Assembly: GCA_964572155.1 (NCBI GenBank)
Contig: CAZNDZ010000001.1
Span: 271,300-335,299, forward strand
Direction: 5' to 3'
Source: an uncultured Planctomycetales bacterium
Lineage (GTDB): Bacteria > Omnitrophota > Gorgyraeia > Zapsychrales > Fredricksoniimonadaceae
DNA length: 64,000 bases
Positions 46,971 through 56,281 of the stretch are shown here, piece by piece. A program made the position numbers and the translations under genes. Each line of letters begins with the position of its first letter. Position 1 is the first letter of the stretch. The notes under the pieces are model-generated. The model was not told where the DNA came from and made no database searches. It saw nothing but the letters and a program-made list of their open reading frames with translations.

Positions 46971-47046
46971 CAGTACTTAATTTGAGGGCACAGACGTCCT
47001 CCTTGAACCACAATGTTAGTGTGCGCCAAGGAGGACTTTTTATTTT
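46971..47046 (+). promoter_or_regulatory. Leader RNA element: the CAGTACT motif, a hexaloop hairpin GAGGGC-ACAGAC-GTCCTC, and an overlapping intrinsic terminator. This is a putative ANTAR target.
   Basis: The hexaloop hairpin is at 46984-47001. Its 3' arm GTCCTC is the start of the terminator 5' arm GTCCTCCTTG (46996-47005). That arm pairs perfectly with CAAGGAGGAC (47027-47036). The stem is followed by TTTTTATTTT at 47037-47046. The terminator 3' arm contains an AAGGAGG Shine-Dalgarno. Confidence 0.5.
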
Positions 47047-47079
47047 ATGGAATCTAACAACAACCAGGGGGGTCTATGA
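47047..47079 (+). CDS. 10-codon upstream ORF MESNNNQGGL. Its stop overlaps the glnN start codon (ATGA).
   Basis: ATG at 47047 directly follows the terminator T-tract. The stop TGA is at 47077-47079 and overlaps glnN ATG 47076-47078. The only strong Shine-Dalgarno in the area (47028-47034) serves this uORF. Confidence 0.35.
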   Translation: MESNNNQGGL

Positions 47080-49196
47080 GTCAAGCAAGAGAAGAAGTTA
47101 TTCAAGCCTGCAACGATGAAGATTGTGGTTGCGACGCAAATTTCAGCGCAAATTTACCTTCATATTTCGGTCAAAACGTGTTCTCGCTCAAGGTGATGCG
47201 CGAATTCCTTTCACCAAAAGCTTATGCATCCATTGAAAAGACAATTAAAGAAGGCGGCAAGGTAGATCCAGCGATTGCTGATGAAGTTGCCGAAGGCATG
47301 AAGAAATGGGCTATTTCTAAGGGTGCAACCCACTTTACACATTGGTTCCAACCTTTAACAGGTACCACCGCTGAAAAGCATGATTCATTTATCACATGGG
47401 ATGATAAAGGTGGGATTATCTTAAGTTTTGGCGGCAAAGAATTAATCCAAGGTGAACCAGATGCATCTTCTTTCCCATCCGGTGGTTTGCGTGCAACATT
47501 CGAAGCACGTGGTTATACAGGTTGGGATCCAACATCTCCAGCGTTCATCAAAGAAGGTCCAGAAGGCGCCACATTATGTATCCCAACATTCTATATTGGT
47601 TACCATGGTGAAGCGTTAGATAAGAAAACACCATTGCTGCGTTCCATGAATGCCTTATCTAAACAAATTTGCCGCTTGGCTAACTTGTTTAGCATCGACA
47701 CCAAGGGTAAACGTGCATACTGCACCTTAGGGCCAGAACAAGAATATTTTTTGATCGATAAAATTCACTTCGAAGCACGTATGGACTTGGTTCAAACCGG
47801 CCGTACCTTATTCGGTGTAAAACCAGCAAAGCATCAACAACAAGAAGATCATTATTTTGGCGCCATCAAGCCACGCGTCATGGCCTTCATGGAAGATTTA
47901 GACCGCACCTTGTGGGGTTTAGGTATTCCGTCGAAAACACGTCACAATGAAGTCGCCCCTGCGCAATACGAAATGGCTCCAATTTACGAAGATTTAAACA
48001 CGGGCGTTGATCATAACATGATCGCCATGGAAGTCATGCGTCAATTAGCCGATAAGCATGGTTTAGTTTGTTTGCTCCATGAAAAACCATTCGCCGGTGT
48101 TAACGGTTCTGGTAAACATAACAACTGGTCTGTCGTAGGTCCAGATGGCAAGAACTGGTTATATCCTGGTAAAACACCACACGAAAATGCGAAATTCTTA
48201 ACCACCTTATGCGCGATCATCAAAGCTGTCGATACATACGCTGACCTTTTACGCGTCACGGTTGCAACCGCTGGTAACGATCACCGCTTAGGTGCCAACG
48301 AAGCGCCTCCTGCGATTGTTTCAATCTTCTTAGGCGATCAATTATTTGACATCGTCGAGCAAATTGAAAAAGGCGGAGCAAAGACCTCCAAGCAAGGTGG
48401 CGAAATCAACGTGGGCGTAGATGCATTGCCAACATTAAGCAAAGACACCACAGATCGTAACCGCACATCGCCATTTGCGTTTACCGGCGCTAAGTTCGAA
48501 TTCCGCGCTGTTGGTTCAAATCAAAACCCTTCAGCTGCTAACATGGTTTTAAACACCATCGTCGCTGAAGCGATCTCACAAATCTGTGATCAATTAGAAG
48601 CTGATAAGAAAGCCGGCAAGGATTTCAATAAATCCTTACAAGCTGTCTTGCAAGACATCATCAAGAAACATAAACGCGTCCTCTTTAACGGCGACGGCTA
48701 CACCAAAGAATGGCATGCCGAAGCGAAGAAACGTGGTTTACCAAACATGAAAACAACACCAGAAGCCTTGGAAGTTTTAAAGGCTAAGAAGAACATCGAT
48801 GTTTTAGTCAAACATGGTGTTTTATCTGCTGTTGAAGTGGCCTCACGTTATGAAATCAACAAACATGCATACGATACTGTCATCAGCTTAGAAGGCAGCT
48901 GTGCAGCGACGATCGCTCGTACACAATTGATTCCTGCAGCTTTGGAATTCCAAGCCCAATTAAGCGTGGTTAAATCAGCGACACAAAAGAAATTGCAAAA
49001 ACAAGTTTCTGATTTGATCGATGATGCTTTAACGACAGTTGCCGCTTTGGAAGCAGCTGTGGCAAAGCATGATTCTGCTAAAACATCAGCAAACATGTTG
49101 AAATTACGTGAAGCCATCGATGGTTTGGAAGCATTAGTTCCAGCATCCATCTGGCCATTGCCAAGTTATGCTGAAATGTTGTTAATGAACGCATAA
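47076..49196 (+). CDS. glnN: Glutamine synthetase type III (GlnN)
   Basis: 706 aa, the length and architecture of type III GS. The catalytic region is …NGSGKHNNWSV…. Confidence 0.85.
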   Translation: MSQAREEVIQACNDEDCGCDANFSANLPSYFGQNVFSLKVMREFLSPKAYASIEKTIKEGGKVDPAIADEVAEGMKKWAISKGATHFTHWFQPLTGTTAEKHDSFITWDDKGGIILSFGGKELIQGEPDASSFPSGGLRATFEARGYTGWDPTSPAFIKEGPEGATLCIPTFYIGYHGEALDKKTPLLRSMNALSKQICRLANLFSIDTKGKRAYCTLGPEQEYFLIDKIHFEARMDLVQTGRTLFGVKPAKHQQQEDHYFGAIKPRVMAFMEDLDRTLWGLGIPSKTRHNEVAPAQYEMAPIYEDLNTGVDHNMIAMEVMRQLADKHGLVCLLHEKPFAGVNGSGKHNNWSVVGPDGKNWLYPGKTPHENAKFLTTLCAIIKAVDTYADLLRVTVATAGNDHRLGANEAPPAIVSIFLGDQLFDIVEQIEKGGAKTSKQGGEINVGVDALPTLSKDTTDRNRTSPFAFTGAKFEFRAVGSNQNPSAANMVLNTIVAEAISQICDQLEADKKAGKDFNKSLQAVLQDIIKKHKRVLFNGDGYTKEWHAEAKKRGLPNMKTTPEALEVLKAKKNIDVLVKHGVLSAVEVASRYEINKHAYDTVISLEGSCAATIARTQLIPAALEFQAQLSVVKSATQKKLQKQVSDLIDDALTTVAALEAAVAKHDSAKTSANMLKLREAIDGLEALVPASIWPLPSYAEMLLMNA

Positions 49197-49219
49197 TTTG
49201 TAGATCAAGTAAGATTGAA

Positions 49220-49253
49220 AAGGGCGGATATTTTTTATCCGCCCTTTTTGTTT
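49220..49253 (+). terminator. Rho-independent terminator after glnN
   Basis: Stem AAGGGCGGAT/ATCCGCCCTT (about 10 bp) with a T-rich loop, followed by TTTTTGTTT. Confidence 0.7.
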
Positions 49254-49272
49254 ATCTAGTATAATATCCGAC

Positions 49273-49998
49273 ATGATTCTGATTATTAAGCACATTGACA
49301 TCGAGGGGCCTGGAACCCTAGGCGACTTTTTGAATGCTCGGAAAATTCCATTCAAAATTATTGAATTAGGAGCAGGTGAAGCTTTGCCATTATCATTAGA
49401 AGGTATAGATGCGGTTGTCGTCTTAGGCGGTCCGATGAATGTGGATGAAGAAGATCAATACCAATTTTTAAAGCCCGAGAATGTTTTTATTAAGCAAGTC
49501 TTAGCGCTAGAAATACCATTTTTAGGTATTTGTTTGGGATCGCAATTATTAGCTAAGGCAGCAGGAGCCAAGGTCGTTAAGTCACCGGTTAAAGAAATTG
49601 GCTGGTATAACGTCGAGCTTACACCAGAAGGTAAACAAGATCCATTTCTTAAAGGTTTTAAAGCGGATGAAAAGATTTACCATTGGCATGGCGACATGTT
49701 TCAAATTCCTGCAAACGGCCAATTGCTTGCAACAGCACAAGGTTGCCCTCATCAGGCGTTACGCGTCGGGAAAAATGCCTATGGTGTGCAATTTCACGTT
49801 GAAGTGACAGACAAAAGCATCAAAGAATGGTGTGATGAGTATATAGAAAACGACCTGCCCGGACGTCGCGATCATGCCAAGGCCATGATCGATGATTATT
49901 ATCGGTATGAGCGTGCGTTTTTAGCGCAGGCCAATACCATTTATCAAAACTTTATTGAGATTGTGGAACATGCTAAACGTAGCGCTTGCACAAATTAA
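49273..49998 (+). CDS. Class I glutamine amidotransferase-like protein (standalone GATase1)
   Basis: 241 aa with the catalytic Cys in GICLGSQLL and the His/Glu region …GVQFHVEV…. Confidence 0.75.
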   Translation: MILIIKHIDIEGPGTLGDFLNARKIPFKIIELGAGEALPLSLEGIDAVVVLGGPMNVDEEDQYQFLKPENVFIKQVLALEIPFLGICLGSQLLAKAAGAKVVKSPVKEIGWYNVELTPEGKQDPFLKGFKADEKIYHWHGDMFQIPANGQLLATAQGCPHQALRVGKNAYGVQFHVEVTDKSIKEWCDEYIENDLPGRRDHAKAMIDDYYRYERAFLAQANTIYQNFIEIVEHAKRSACTN

Positions 49999-51574
49999 TC
50001 CTATCGTCGGAGATTTGACCGGCAATAGCATGAAGATCAAAACGGCCATCACTGATGCGCGCTTGTTGCATGCGGATGTGGTTGTCTTTTGTGAGCTTGT
50101 TCTAACAGGTTATCCACCGGAAGATTTATTGCTCAAAGAGCACTTCATTGCCAATAACATAAAGGCATTGCAAGCCATTGCCAAAGAGGTAAAAGGTATC
50201 ACGGCGATTGTGGGTTTTGTCGATCGCGACAGCCAAGGCCGCATTTACAATGCCGCCGCGGTGATATCCAGCGGCAAGATCATTCATGTGTATCACAAAC
50301 AGGAATTGCCTAACTATGGTGTCTTTGATGAGAAGCGCTATTTTAGCGTCGGAAAAAGCAACGGCATGGTTGTTATCAAGGGCGTGAAGGTGGGAGTTAA
50401 TATTTGTGAAGACATCTGGATTGATGACGCGATTTATCAGAACCAAGTTAAAGCAGGCGCAAAGCTTTTGATCAATCTTTCGTCTTCTCCCTATGAGGTT
50501 GGTAAGTTAAAGATTCGTGAATCATTGCTGTCACGCCGCGCGAAGAGCTTGAAGTGTCCCATAGTCTATGTGAATTGTGTCGGCGGGCAAGATGAGTTGG
50601 TGTTTGACGGAGCTAGCATGGTTTACGATAAAACCGGCAAACTAATCGCACGGGCTAAACAATTTGAAGAAGAGTTAATCTGCATTGATTTAAAAGAATC
50701 TAAAACACACATCGCCCCTATTTTACCTGAAATATCAGAGATTTATCACGCCTTGGTTGTCGGCACCCGTGACTATGTGCAGAAAAATGGATTTAAGAAA
50801 GCGGCTTTGGGTTTAAGCGGGGGGATTGATTCGGCGCTTGTGGTTGCGATTGCCGTTGATGCGTTGGGCCAAGACAATGTCACCGCCATCTCCATGCCAT
50901 CGCCGTATAATTTAAAAGCCACACGTGATGATGCGCGCATCATTGCAAAGAATTTGAATATCACGTTTCATGAGATCTCGATTAAGAAAATTTTAGAAAG
51001 CTACCTATCGTCCCTAAAGCCATACTTTAAAAGCACGCAGCCTAATATCGCCGAAGAAAACGTTCAAGCACGTATTCGCGGGGATATGCTCATGGCGTTT
51101 TCCAATAAATATGGGTGGTTGATTTTAACGACGGGCAACAAGAGTGAGATGGCTGCAGGGTATTGCACGTTATACGGCGACATGTCCGGTGGATTCTCGC
51201 CACTTAAAGATATTTTTAAAACCAAGGTTTATGAACTATGCCGTTGGCGGAATAAACAAGGCTTAAAACCCATCATCCCAGAAAGTGTGATTAAACGCGC
51301 ACCGACGGCAGAATTGCGACCCAATCAAACCGATGAAGCAAGCTTAGGCGCATATGCCGACTTAGATCAAGTGTTGGGTAAATACATCGAGCAGCATCAA
51401 CCTCTAAATAAAATTGTTACAACAAAAATTAAGTTGCCATACATTCAAAAAACAGCAAGGTTGGTTGATATCAACGAATATAAACGCCGACAAGCGCCCC
51501 CAGGGGTTAAGATCACCGCGCGCGCTTTTGGCAAAGATTGGCGTTTGCCGATCACCAATAAATATCGTGAATAA
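49970..51574 (+). CDS. nadE: Glutamine-dependent NAD+ synthetase (CN-hydrolase plus NAD synthase domains)
   Basis: N-terminal nitrilase-like domain (MLNVALAQINPIVGD…) followed by an NAD synthetase domain with SGGIDS. The start is at ATG 49970. Confidence 0.85.
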   Translation: MLNVALAQINPIVGDLTGNSMKIKTAITDARLLHADVVVFCELVLTGYPPEDLLLKEHFIANNIKALQAIAKEVKGITAIVGFVDRDSQGRIYNAAAVISSGKIIHVYHKQELPNYGVFDEKRYFSVGKSNGMVVIKGVKVGVNICEDIWIDDAIYQNQVKAGAKLLINLSSSPYEVGKLKIRESLLSRRAKSLKCPIVYVNCVGGQDELVFDGASMVYDKTGKLIARAKQFEEELICIDLKESKTHIAPILPEISEIYHALVVGTRDYVQKNGFKKAALGLSGGIDSALVVAIAVDALGQDNVTAISMPSPYNLKATRDDARIIAKNLNITFHEISIKKILESYLSSLKPYFKSTQPNIAEENVQARIRGDMLMAFSNKYGWLILTTGNKSEMAAGYCTLYGDMSGGFSPLKDIFKTKVYELCRWRNKQGLKPIIPESVIKRAPTAELRPNQTDEASLGAYADLDQVLGKYIEQHQPLNKIVTTKIKLPYIQKTARLVDINEYKRRQAPPGVKITARAFGKDWRLPITNKYRE

Positions 51575-53906
51575 AATACTATCGATCATCATCCCTGCGT
51601 ATAACGAAGAAAAGACCATTGAGCGCATTGTTCAAAAAGTGTTAACAGCGCCGATCCCCGAGTCACTAATCAAAGAAATCATCATTGTCAATGATGGGTC
51701 AACGGACAATACGTTATTGATCCTAAAGCAGTGCGCCAATCATCCGTCCATCAAAGTCTTTAGCAAATCCAATGGTGGCAAAGCCTCAGCATTAAAACAT
51801 GGGCTTAAAGAAGCGCGTGGAGACATCATCCTCATTCAAGATGCAGATTTAGAATATGACCCCATGCATTATCCACATTTGGTCGCGCCAATTTTAAATG
51901 GGACATCTCATGTGGTTTATGGTTCCCGTTTCTTAGGAAAGATCGACGACATGCATTGGGTTAATCGTGCGGCCAATAAGGTTTCTAATTGGACAATGCT
52001 TGTCATGTGGGGGACTAAGATAACGGACATCAACACTTGTTACAAGGTGTTCACCAAAGAAGCTTTGGTAGGCATTGACATAAAGTCTCAGAACTTTGCT
52101 TTTGAGACAGAGATCACCACAAAGTTTTTAAAGAAGGGTTTAAAAGTCCTCGAGGTTCCAATTGCATATCAAGCGCGTTCCCGACAAGAAGGAAAAAAAA
52201 TTAAGTGGTCAACCGCCCTTGAAATGTACTGGCCGATCATTTCACATCGTTTTATAAACAGCATCATGGTGACATTGTTGGCATGCCTGCTGTGTTCTAA
52301 TGATGCTCATGCATTTCGTTTTGAAAAAGATCAAATCAAAGGGTTTATCGATACCACTATTTCATCAGGTGTTGGTTTGCGCCTCGAAAAGCCACGAGCC
52401 TATTTAATTGGCCGTGCGAATGGCGGTAGCGCGTATACAGTTGATAGCGACGATGGCGATCGTCATTATAAGAAGAATAAATTGTTTTCAGTGACCAGTA
52501 AAATCACCAATGATATTGGTGTGAACTATCAAAATTTCGGCGCTTTTATCCGCACCAACTTTTTCTTCGACCCCATCAACCGTTATAAAAAATCTCTAAC
52601 CCCATATGAACGCCTCGAAGCGGGCCAAGGTTTTGATTTGTTGGACGCTTATGTGGAAGGAAAATTCACGCCAGCCAATAAAGCACTAGATGTGCGTCTT
52701 GGTAATCAGGTGCTTAATTGGGGAGAAAGTTTTTTTATTCCAGGGGGACTCAATGCCATTAATGCGGTTGATCTTTCGAAATTGCGTTTACCTGGCGCTG
52801 AAGTGCGTGAGGCTTTATTGCCAAGCCCGATGATTTCTGATTCCTATCAGCTGACCGATAATTTTAGCATTTCAAATTTTTATATCTTCAAATTCGATCG
52901 CACCAAGCTCGACGTGTGTGGAACATATTTCGCAACTGATGATGTTTTCTGTGAAGGTGGCAGTGGTGACTCCTATGGTGGATTTGGCTCATTACCCGAG
53001 GGGACTGCGGGACAAATAATACATCGCCTGCCGGATCAACGCCCCTCTAATCAGGGGCAGTTTGGGACAGCGTTTCGTTATTTATCGCCGGAACTTAATG
53101 ATACTGAGTTTGGGTTTTATTTCATGAACTACCACAATCATGTGCCTGTTGTTTCTGCAGTTGCCGGCGCTCCAGGTGATTTACCGGCTTTGGTTGCGCA
53201 ATATATTGAGAATTTGCAAGTATACGGGGTAAGTGCTAGCACAGATTTAAATGGCGTAGCCTTACAGGGAGAGTATACATATCGACCACGTTATCCTATG
53301 CAAATTGATGGCGGTGAATTTGTCGCTGCGGCGCAATATTTCCCGTCGGCACAAGTTGCTGCTGCTAGAGCTCCGGGTGATATTATCCGTGGTTGGAGAG
53401 AGATGCCTGTTAATCAGCTTCAGGCCAGTGTCACTAAGGCATTTGGTCGAGACAATCCTTTTAGCGCACAAGAATGGTTAGTTGCAGGAGAGGCAGCCGG
53501 TATTTATGTAGGACATTTTCCAGATAAAAAAGATCTACGTTTTGAAGCTCCCAATACAGATTTATCAGCGTATAATGGTGTTGGGTCCCCTAAATTGCAA
53601 ACAACAGGTTGGGCCGATCGTTTTTCCTGGGGTTATGTTTTGGCAACATCGTTAACCTATGAGCAAGTGATTAAGAATGTCAATCTAGTGCCGCGCTTGG
53701 CATTTTCGCACGACGTGATGGGAACAACACCGTCACCGTTGAACCAATTTGTCGAAGATAGCAAGGGCATGACGATGGGTTTAAATGTATTATATTTACA
53801 TGTGTGGTCCGTGGATATGAGTTACACCAATTATTTCGGTGCCGCGGCACGCAATGCCTTACAAGATAGAGATTTTGCAAGTTTAACGGTTAAACATTGG
53901 TTTTAA
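51567..53906 (+). CDS. In-frame fusion ORF: GT2-family (DPM1-like) glycosyltransferase N-terminal part joined to a DUF1302-like outer-membrane protein. The stop codon may have been lost, or this may be an assembly artefact.
   Basis: GT2 motifs ILSIIIPAYNEE…IVNDGSTD…IQDADLEYDP are present from a GTG start at 51567. There is no stop codon. At 52266 an internal Met starts a signal-peptide-like MVTLLACLLCSNDAHA. A ~545-aa DUF1302-like domain follows, ending in …TVKHWF with a C-terminal aromatic residue. Confidence 0.55.
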   Translation: MNKILSIIIPAYNEEKTIERIVQKVLTAPIPESLIKEIIIVNDGSTDNTLLILKQCANHPSIKVFSKSNGGKASALKHGLKEARGDIILIQDADLEYDPMHYPHLVAPILNGTSHVVYGSRFLGKIDDMHWVNRAANKVSNWTMLVMWGTKITDINTCYKVFTKEALVGIDIKSQNFAFETEITTKFLKKGLKVLEVPIAYQARSRQEGKKIKWSTALEMYWPIISHRFINSIMVTLLACLLCSNDAHAFRFEKDQIKGFIDTTISSGVGLRLEKPRAYLIGRANGGSAYTVDSDDGDRHYKKNKLFSVTSKITNDIGVNYQNFGAFIRTNFFFDPINRYKKSLTPYERLEAGQGFDLLDAYVEGKFTPANKALDVRLGNQVLNWGESFFIPGGLNAINAVDLSKLRLPGAEVREALLPSPMISDSYQLTDNFSISNFYIFKFDRTKLDVCGTYFATDDVFCEGGSGDSYGGFGSLPEGTAGQIIHRLPDQRPSNQGQFGTAFRYLSPELNDTEFGFYFMNYHNHVPVVSAVAGAPGDLPALVAQYIENLQVYGVSASTDLNGVALQGEYTYRPRYPMQIDGGEFVAAAQYFPSAQVAAARAPGDIIRGWREMPVNQLQASVTKAFGRDNPFSAQEWLVAGEAAGIYVGHFPDKKDLRFEAPNTDLSAYNGVGSPKLQTTGWADRFSWGYVLATSLTYEQVIKNVNLVPRLAFSHDVMGTTPSPLNQFVEDSKGMTMGLNVLYLHVWSVDMSYTNYFGAAARNALQDRDFASLTVKHWF

Positions 53907-53919
53907 GAGAGGACGTTGC

Positions 53920-54915
53920 ATGGAAACGGTATTGTTAATTGGTGGACGATCGTTTATCGGTGGGCATGTTTGTCGCACATTGATTAAACGCGGCTACAAT
54001 GTTTTGTTGCATTCAACGGGGACATCAAAATTTGATAATTTAGTCGACGTGATGCCGCATCAACAGATCACGCCGGTGTCGTGTTCATATGAGAATAAAG
54101 AACAAATGCGCTCGATTATGCAAAAAGCACAGTGCGTTGTGTTTCTGGCGCCACCGCCGGGGAAACAAACCGTGGGTCAAGAAAAAACCAAAGAGCGCGA
54201 TTTTGATAATACCCGTAATGTTTTAGATGTCATAGCTGCGTGCCAAATCAAGAAATCTGTTTTCATTTCAACATGCAGCACGATTGGTAAAGTTGAAGAG
54301 GGTAGTGCGGATGAAACTAGTGTCCCCAAAGATACGCAAGGATGGGCAGGGTTAGCTTTTAAATTCAAGTTAGAGAAGTTGATCATGGAATATTTTCATA
54401 AAGGGCTGCCTATTGTCATTGTAAACCCGACGATGTTTATCGGTGAATATGATACAAAGCCATCTTCCGGCGAGTTCTTTCGGTTTATTGATAAGGCGCC
54501 ATTTATTTTCTTGCCCAAAGCAAAGATGAACATAGTCAATTTGGAAGATGCCGGATTAGGCGTTGTCTTAGCGTTAGAGAAAGGCCGCCCAGGTGAACGT
54601 TACTTATTGGGAGGTTTAAATATTTTGCATGAAGAATTGATTACGCGCATTAAACAGTGCGGCGGGCAAAAAACACCGTGGCTTGTGATGCCGTATCCCT
54701 TGTGTGTTTTAGCTTCATATGCGTCAGAATTATTAAATGTGATCTTAAAGCAAGATAAACCAGCCATCCCATTAATTGGGATTGAGTTAACCGTGCACGG
54801 TAATCAGCATTACTCATGTGAGAAAGCAAAAAAAGAATTGGGATATGTTCCGGGGGAAACATGGTCTGCCGTTGACCGTGCGTACAAATGGTATAAAGAT
54901 CATGGGATGCTATAG
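53920..54915 (+). CDS. NAD-dependent epimerase/dehydratase (SDR family)
   Basis: N-terminal Rossmann motif LLIGGRSFIGGHV. 331 aa. Confidence 0.8.
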   Translation: METVLLIGGRSFIGGHVCRTLIKRGYNVLLHSTGTSKFDNLVDVMPHQQITPVSCSYENKEQMRSIMQKAQCVVFLAPPPGKQTVGQEKTKERDFDNTRNVLDVIAACQIKKSVFISTCSTIGKVEEGSADETSVPKDTQGWAGLAFKFKLEKLIMEYFHKGLPIVIVNPTMFIGEYDTKPSSGEFFRFIDKAPFIFLPKAKMNIVNLEDAGLGVVLALEKGRPGERYLLGGLNILHEELITRIKQCGGQKTPWLVMPYPLCVLASYASELLNVILKQDKPAIPLIGIELTVHGNQHYSCEKAKKELGYVPGETWSAVDRAYKWYKDHGML

Positions 54916-54940
54916 TTTAAAAATCATGGAGGGATTTATC

Positions 54941-56269
54941 GTGAAAAAGCATGCGATTGCAACAATTCTAACGTCAATATTCATGGCCATGCCGCTTTAT
55001 GCTGCCGACACATGGAATGATGCCTTAACACCCATGGGTGCAGAGATAGCCGCTAATGCTGATGGAACAATTCCCGCGTGGACGGGTGGCATTACAACGC
55101 TCCCTGCGAATTATGTGCAAGGCGGTTTTCGCCCAGATCCATTTAGCGAAGACAAACCATTGTTTACAATCACACATGATAACTGGAAAACATATCATGA
55201 TAAATTAAGCATTGGTCATCAGACTATGTTTGAAAAGTACCCAGATTTTCAAATGCCCGTTTACCCAACGCGACGCAGTGCGTCATATCCGCAATTTGTT
55301 TATGATGCCGTAAAGCAAAATGCTATGGAAGCAAAGTTAGATCGCAATGGGGATGCGGTTAAAGGCGGCAGCATTGCTTGTCCATTTCCCATGCCAAAAG
55401 ATGGAGTAGAAGCTATATGGAATCATTTGTTACGTTATCGTGGACCATCGATTGATCGTGTTGTCAATCACACTGCAGTTTTATCTGCTGATCATTTAGT
55501 AGGCACGATTGAGCATGAAAAGATTTTATTCCCATTAGCTCAACAAGGCACAACCTTTGATGCGCCGGAAAATATCATTGCGTACTTTAAACAGCATTTG
55601 TTAGAGCCCACGCGAGAGGCAGGAACATTGATCTTGGTTTTTGAAACGCTTGATAAAGCCAAGGAATTGCGCAAGTCATGGATATATAATCCCGGTCAGC
55701 GACGGGTCAGTCGGGCGCCATTTATTAATTATGATTCAATTCCTCCAACGAATGAAGGGCTATCAACCTTCGATCAATACGACATGTTTAACGGCGCTAT
55801 TGACCGTTACACATGGACACTCGAGGGAAAACAAGAAATGTATGTGCCGTATAATGCCTATCAATTTGCTAGTCAGAAGTTTGATGCAAAGAAGTTTCTA
55901 GGCGTGCATTTTCCAAAGACAGAATTAACCCGTTATGAATTGCATCGCGTTTGGAAAGTTACCGCAACCCTTAAGCCAGGCAAAAAGCATTTGTATCCCA
56001 AGCGAGTATATTATTTTGATGAGGATAGTTGGCAAATCTTAGTCGGCGAACAATATGATGCAAGAGGCGACTTATGGCGTTTTTCAGAGGGGCATGCGGT
56101 TAATTTTTATGATGTTCCTTTGGTGATGACAAGTCTTGAAACGCACTATGATTTGAAATCAGGTCAATATTTGGCAGGTGTTTTGCAAGTGGAGCCAGCC
56201 AGTTTTTCAAAGCCGTTAACGCGTGCTGACTTTACGCCAGAAACCCTTCGCCGCGAGGGGAATCGTTAG
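54941..56269 (+). CDS. DUF1329-family (LolA-like) periplasmic protein
   Basis: GTG start 6 nt after GGAGGG. Signal peptide is followed by the DUF1329 N-terminal signature …TPMGAEIAANADGTIPAWTGGIT…. It is the usual partner of DUF1302. Confidence 0.7.
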   Translation: MKKHAIATILTSIFMAMPLYAADTWNDALTPMGAEIAANADGTIPAWTGGITTLPANYVQGGFRPDPFSEDKPLFTITHDNWKTYHDKLSIGHQTMFEKYPDFQMPVYPTRRSASYPQFVYDAVKQNAMEAKLDRNGDAVKGGSIACPFPMPKDGVEAIWNHLLRYRGPSIDRVVNHTAVLSADHLVGTIEHEKILFPLAQQGTTFDAPENIIAYFKQHLLEPTREAGTLILVFETLDKAKELRKSWIYNPGQRRVSRAPFINYDSIPPTNEGLSTFDQYDMFNGAIDRYTWTLEGKQEMYVPYNAYQFASQKFDAKKFLGVHFPKTELTRYELHRVWKVTATLKPGKKHLYPKRVYYFDEDSWQILVGEQYDARGDLWRFSEGHAVNFYDVPLVMTSLETHYDLKSGQYLAGVLQVEPASFSKPLTRADFTPETLRREGNR

Positions 56270-56281
56270 GAAAGTTATTTC

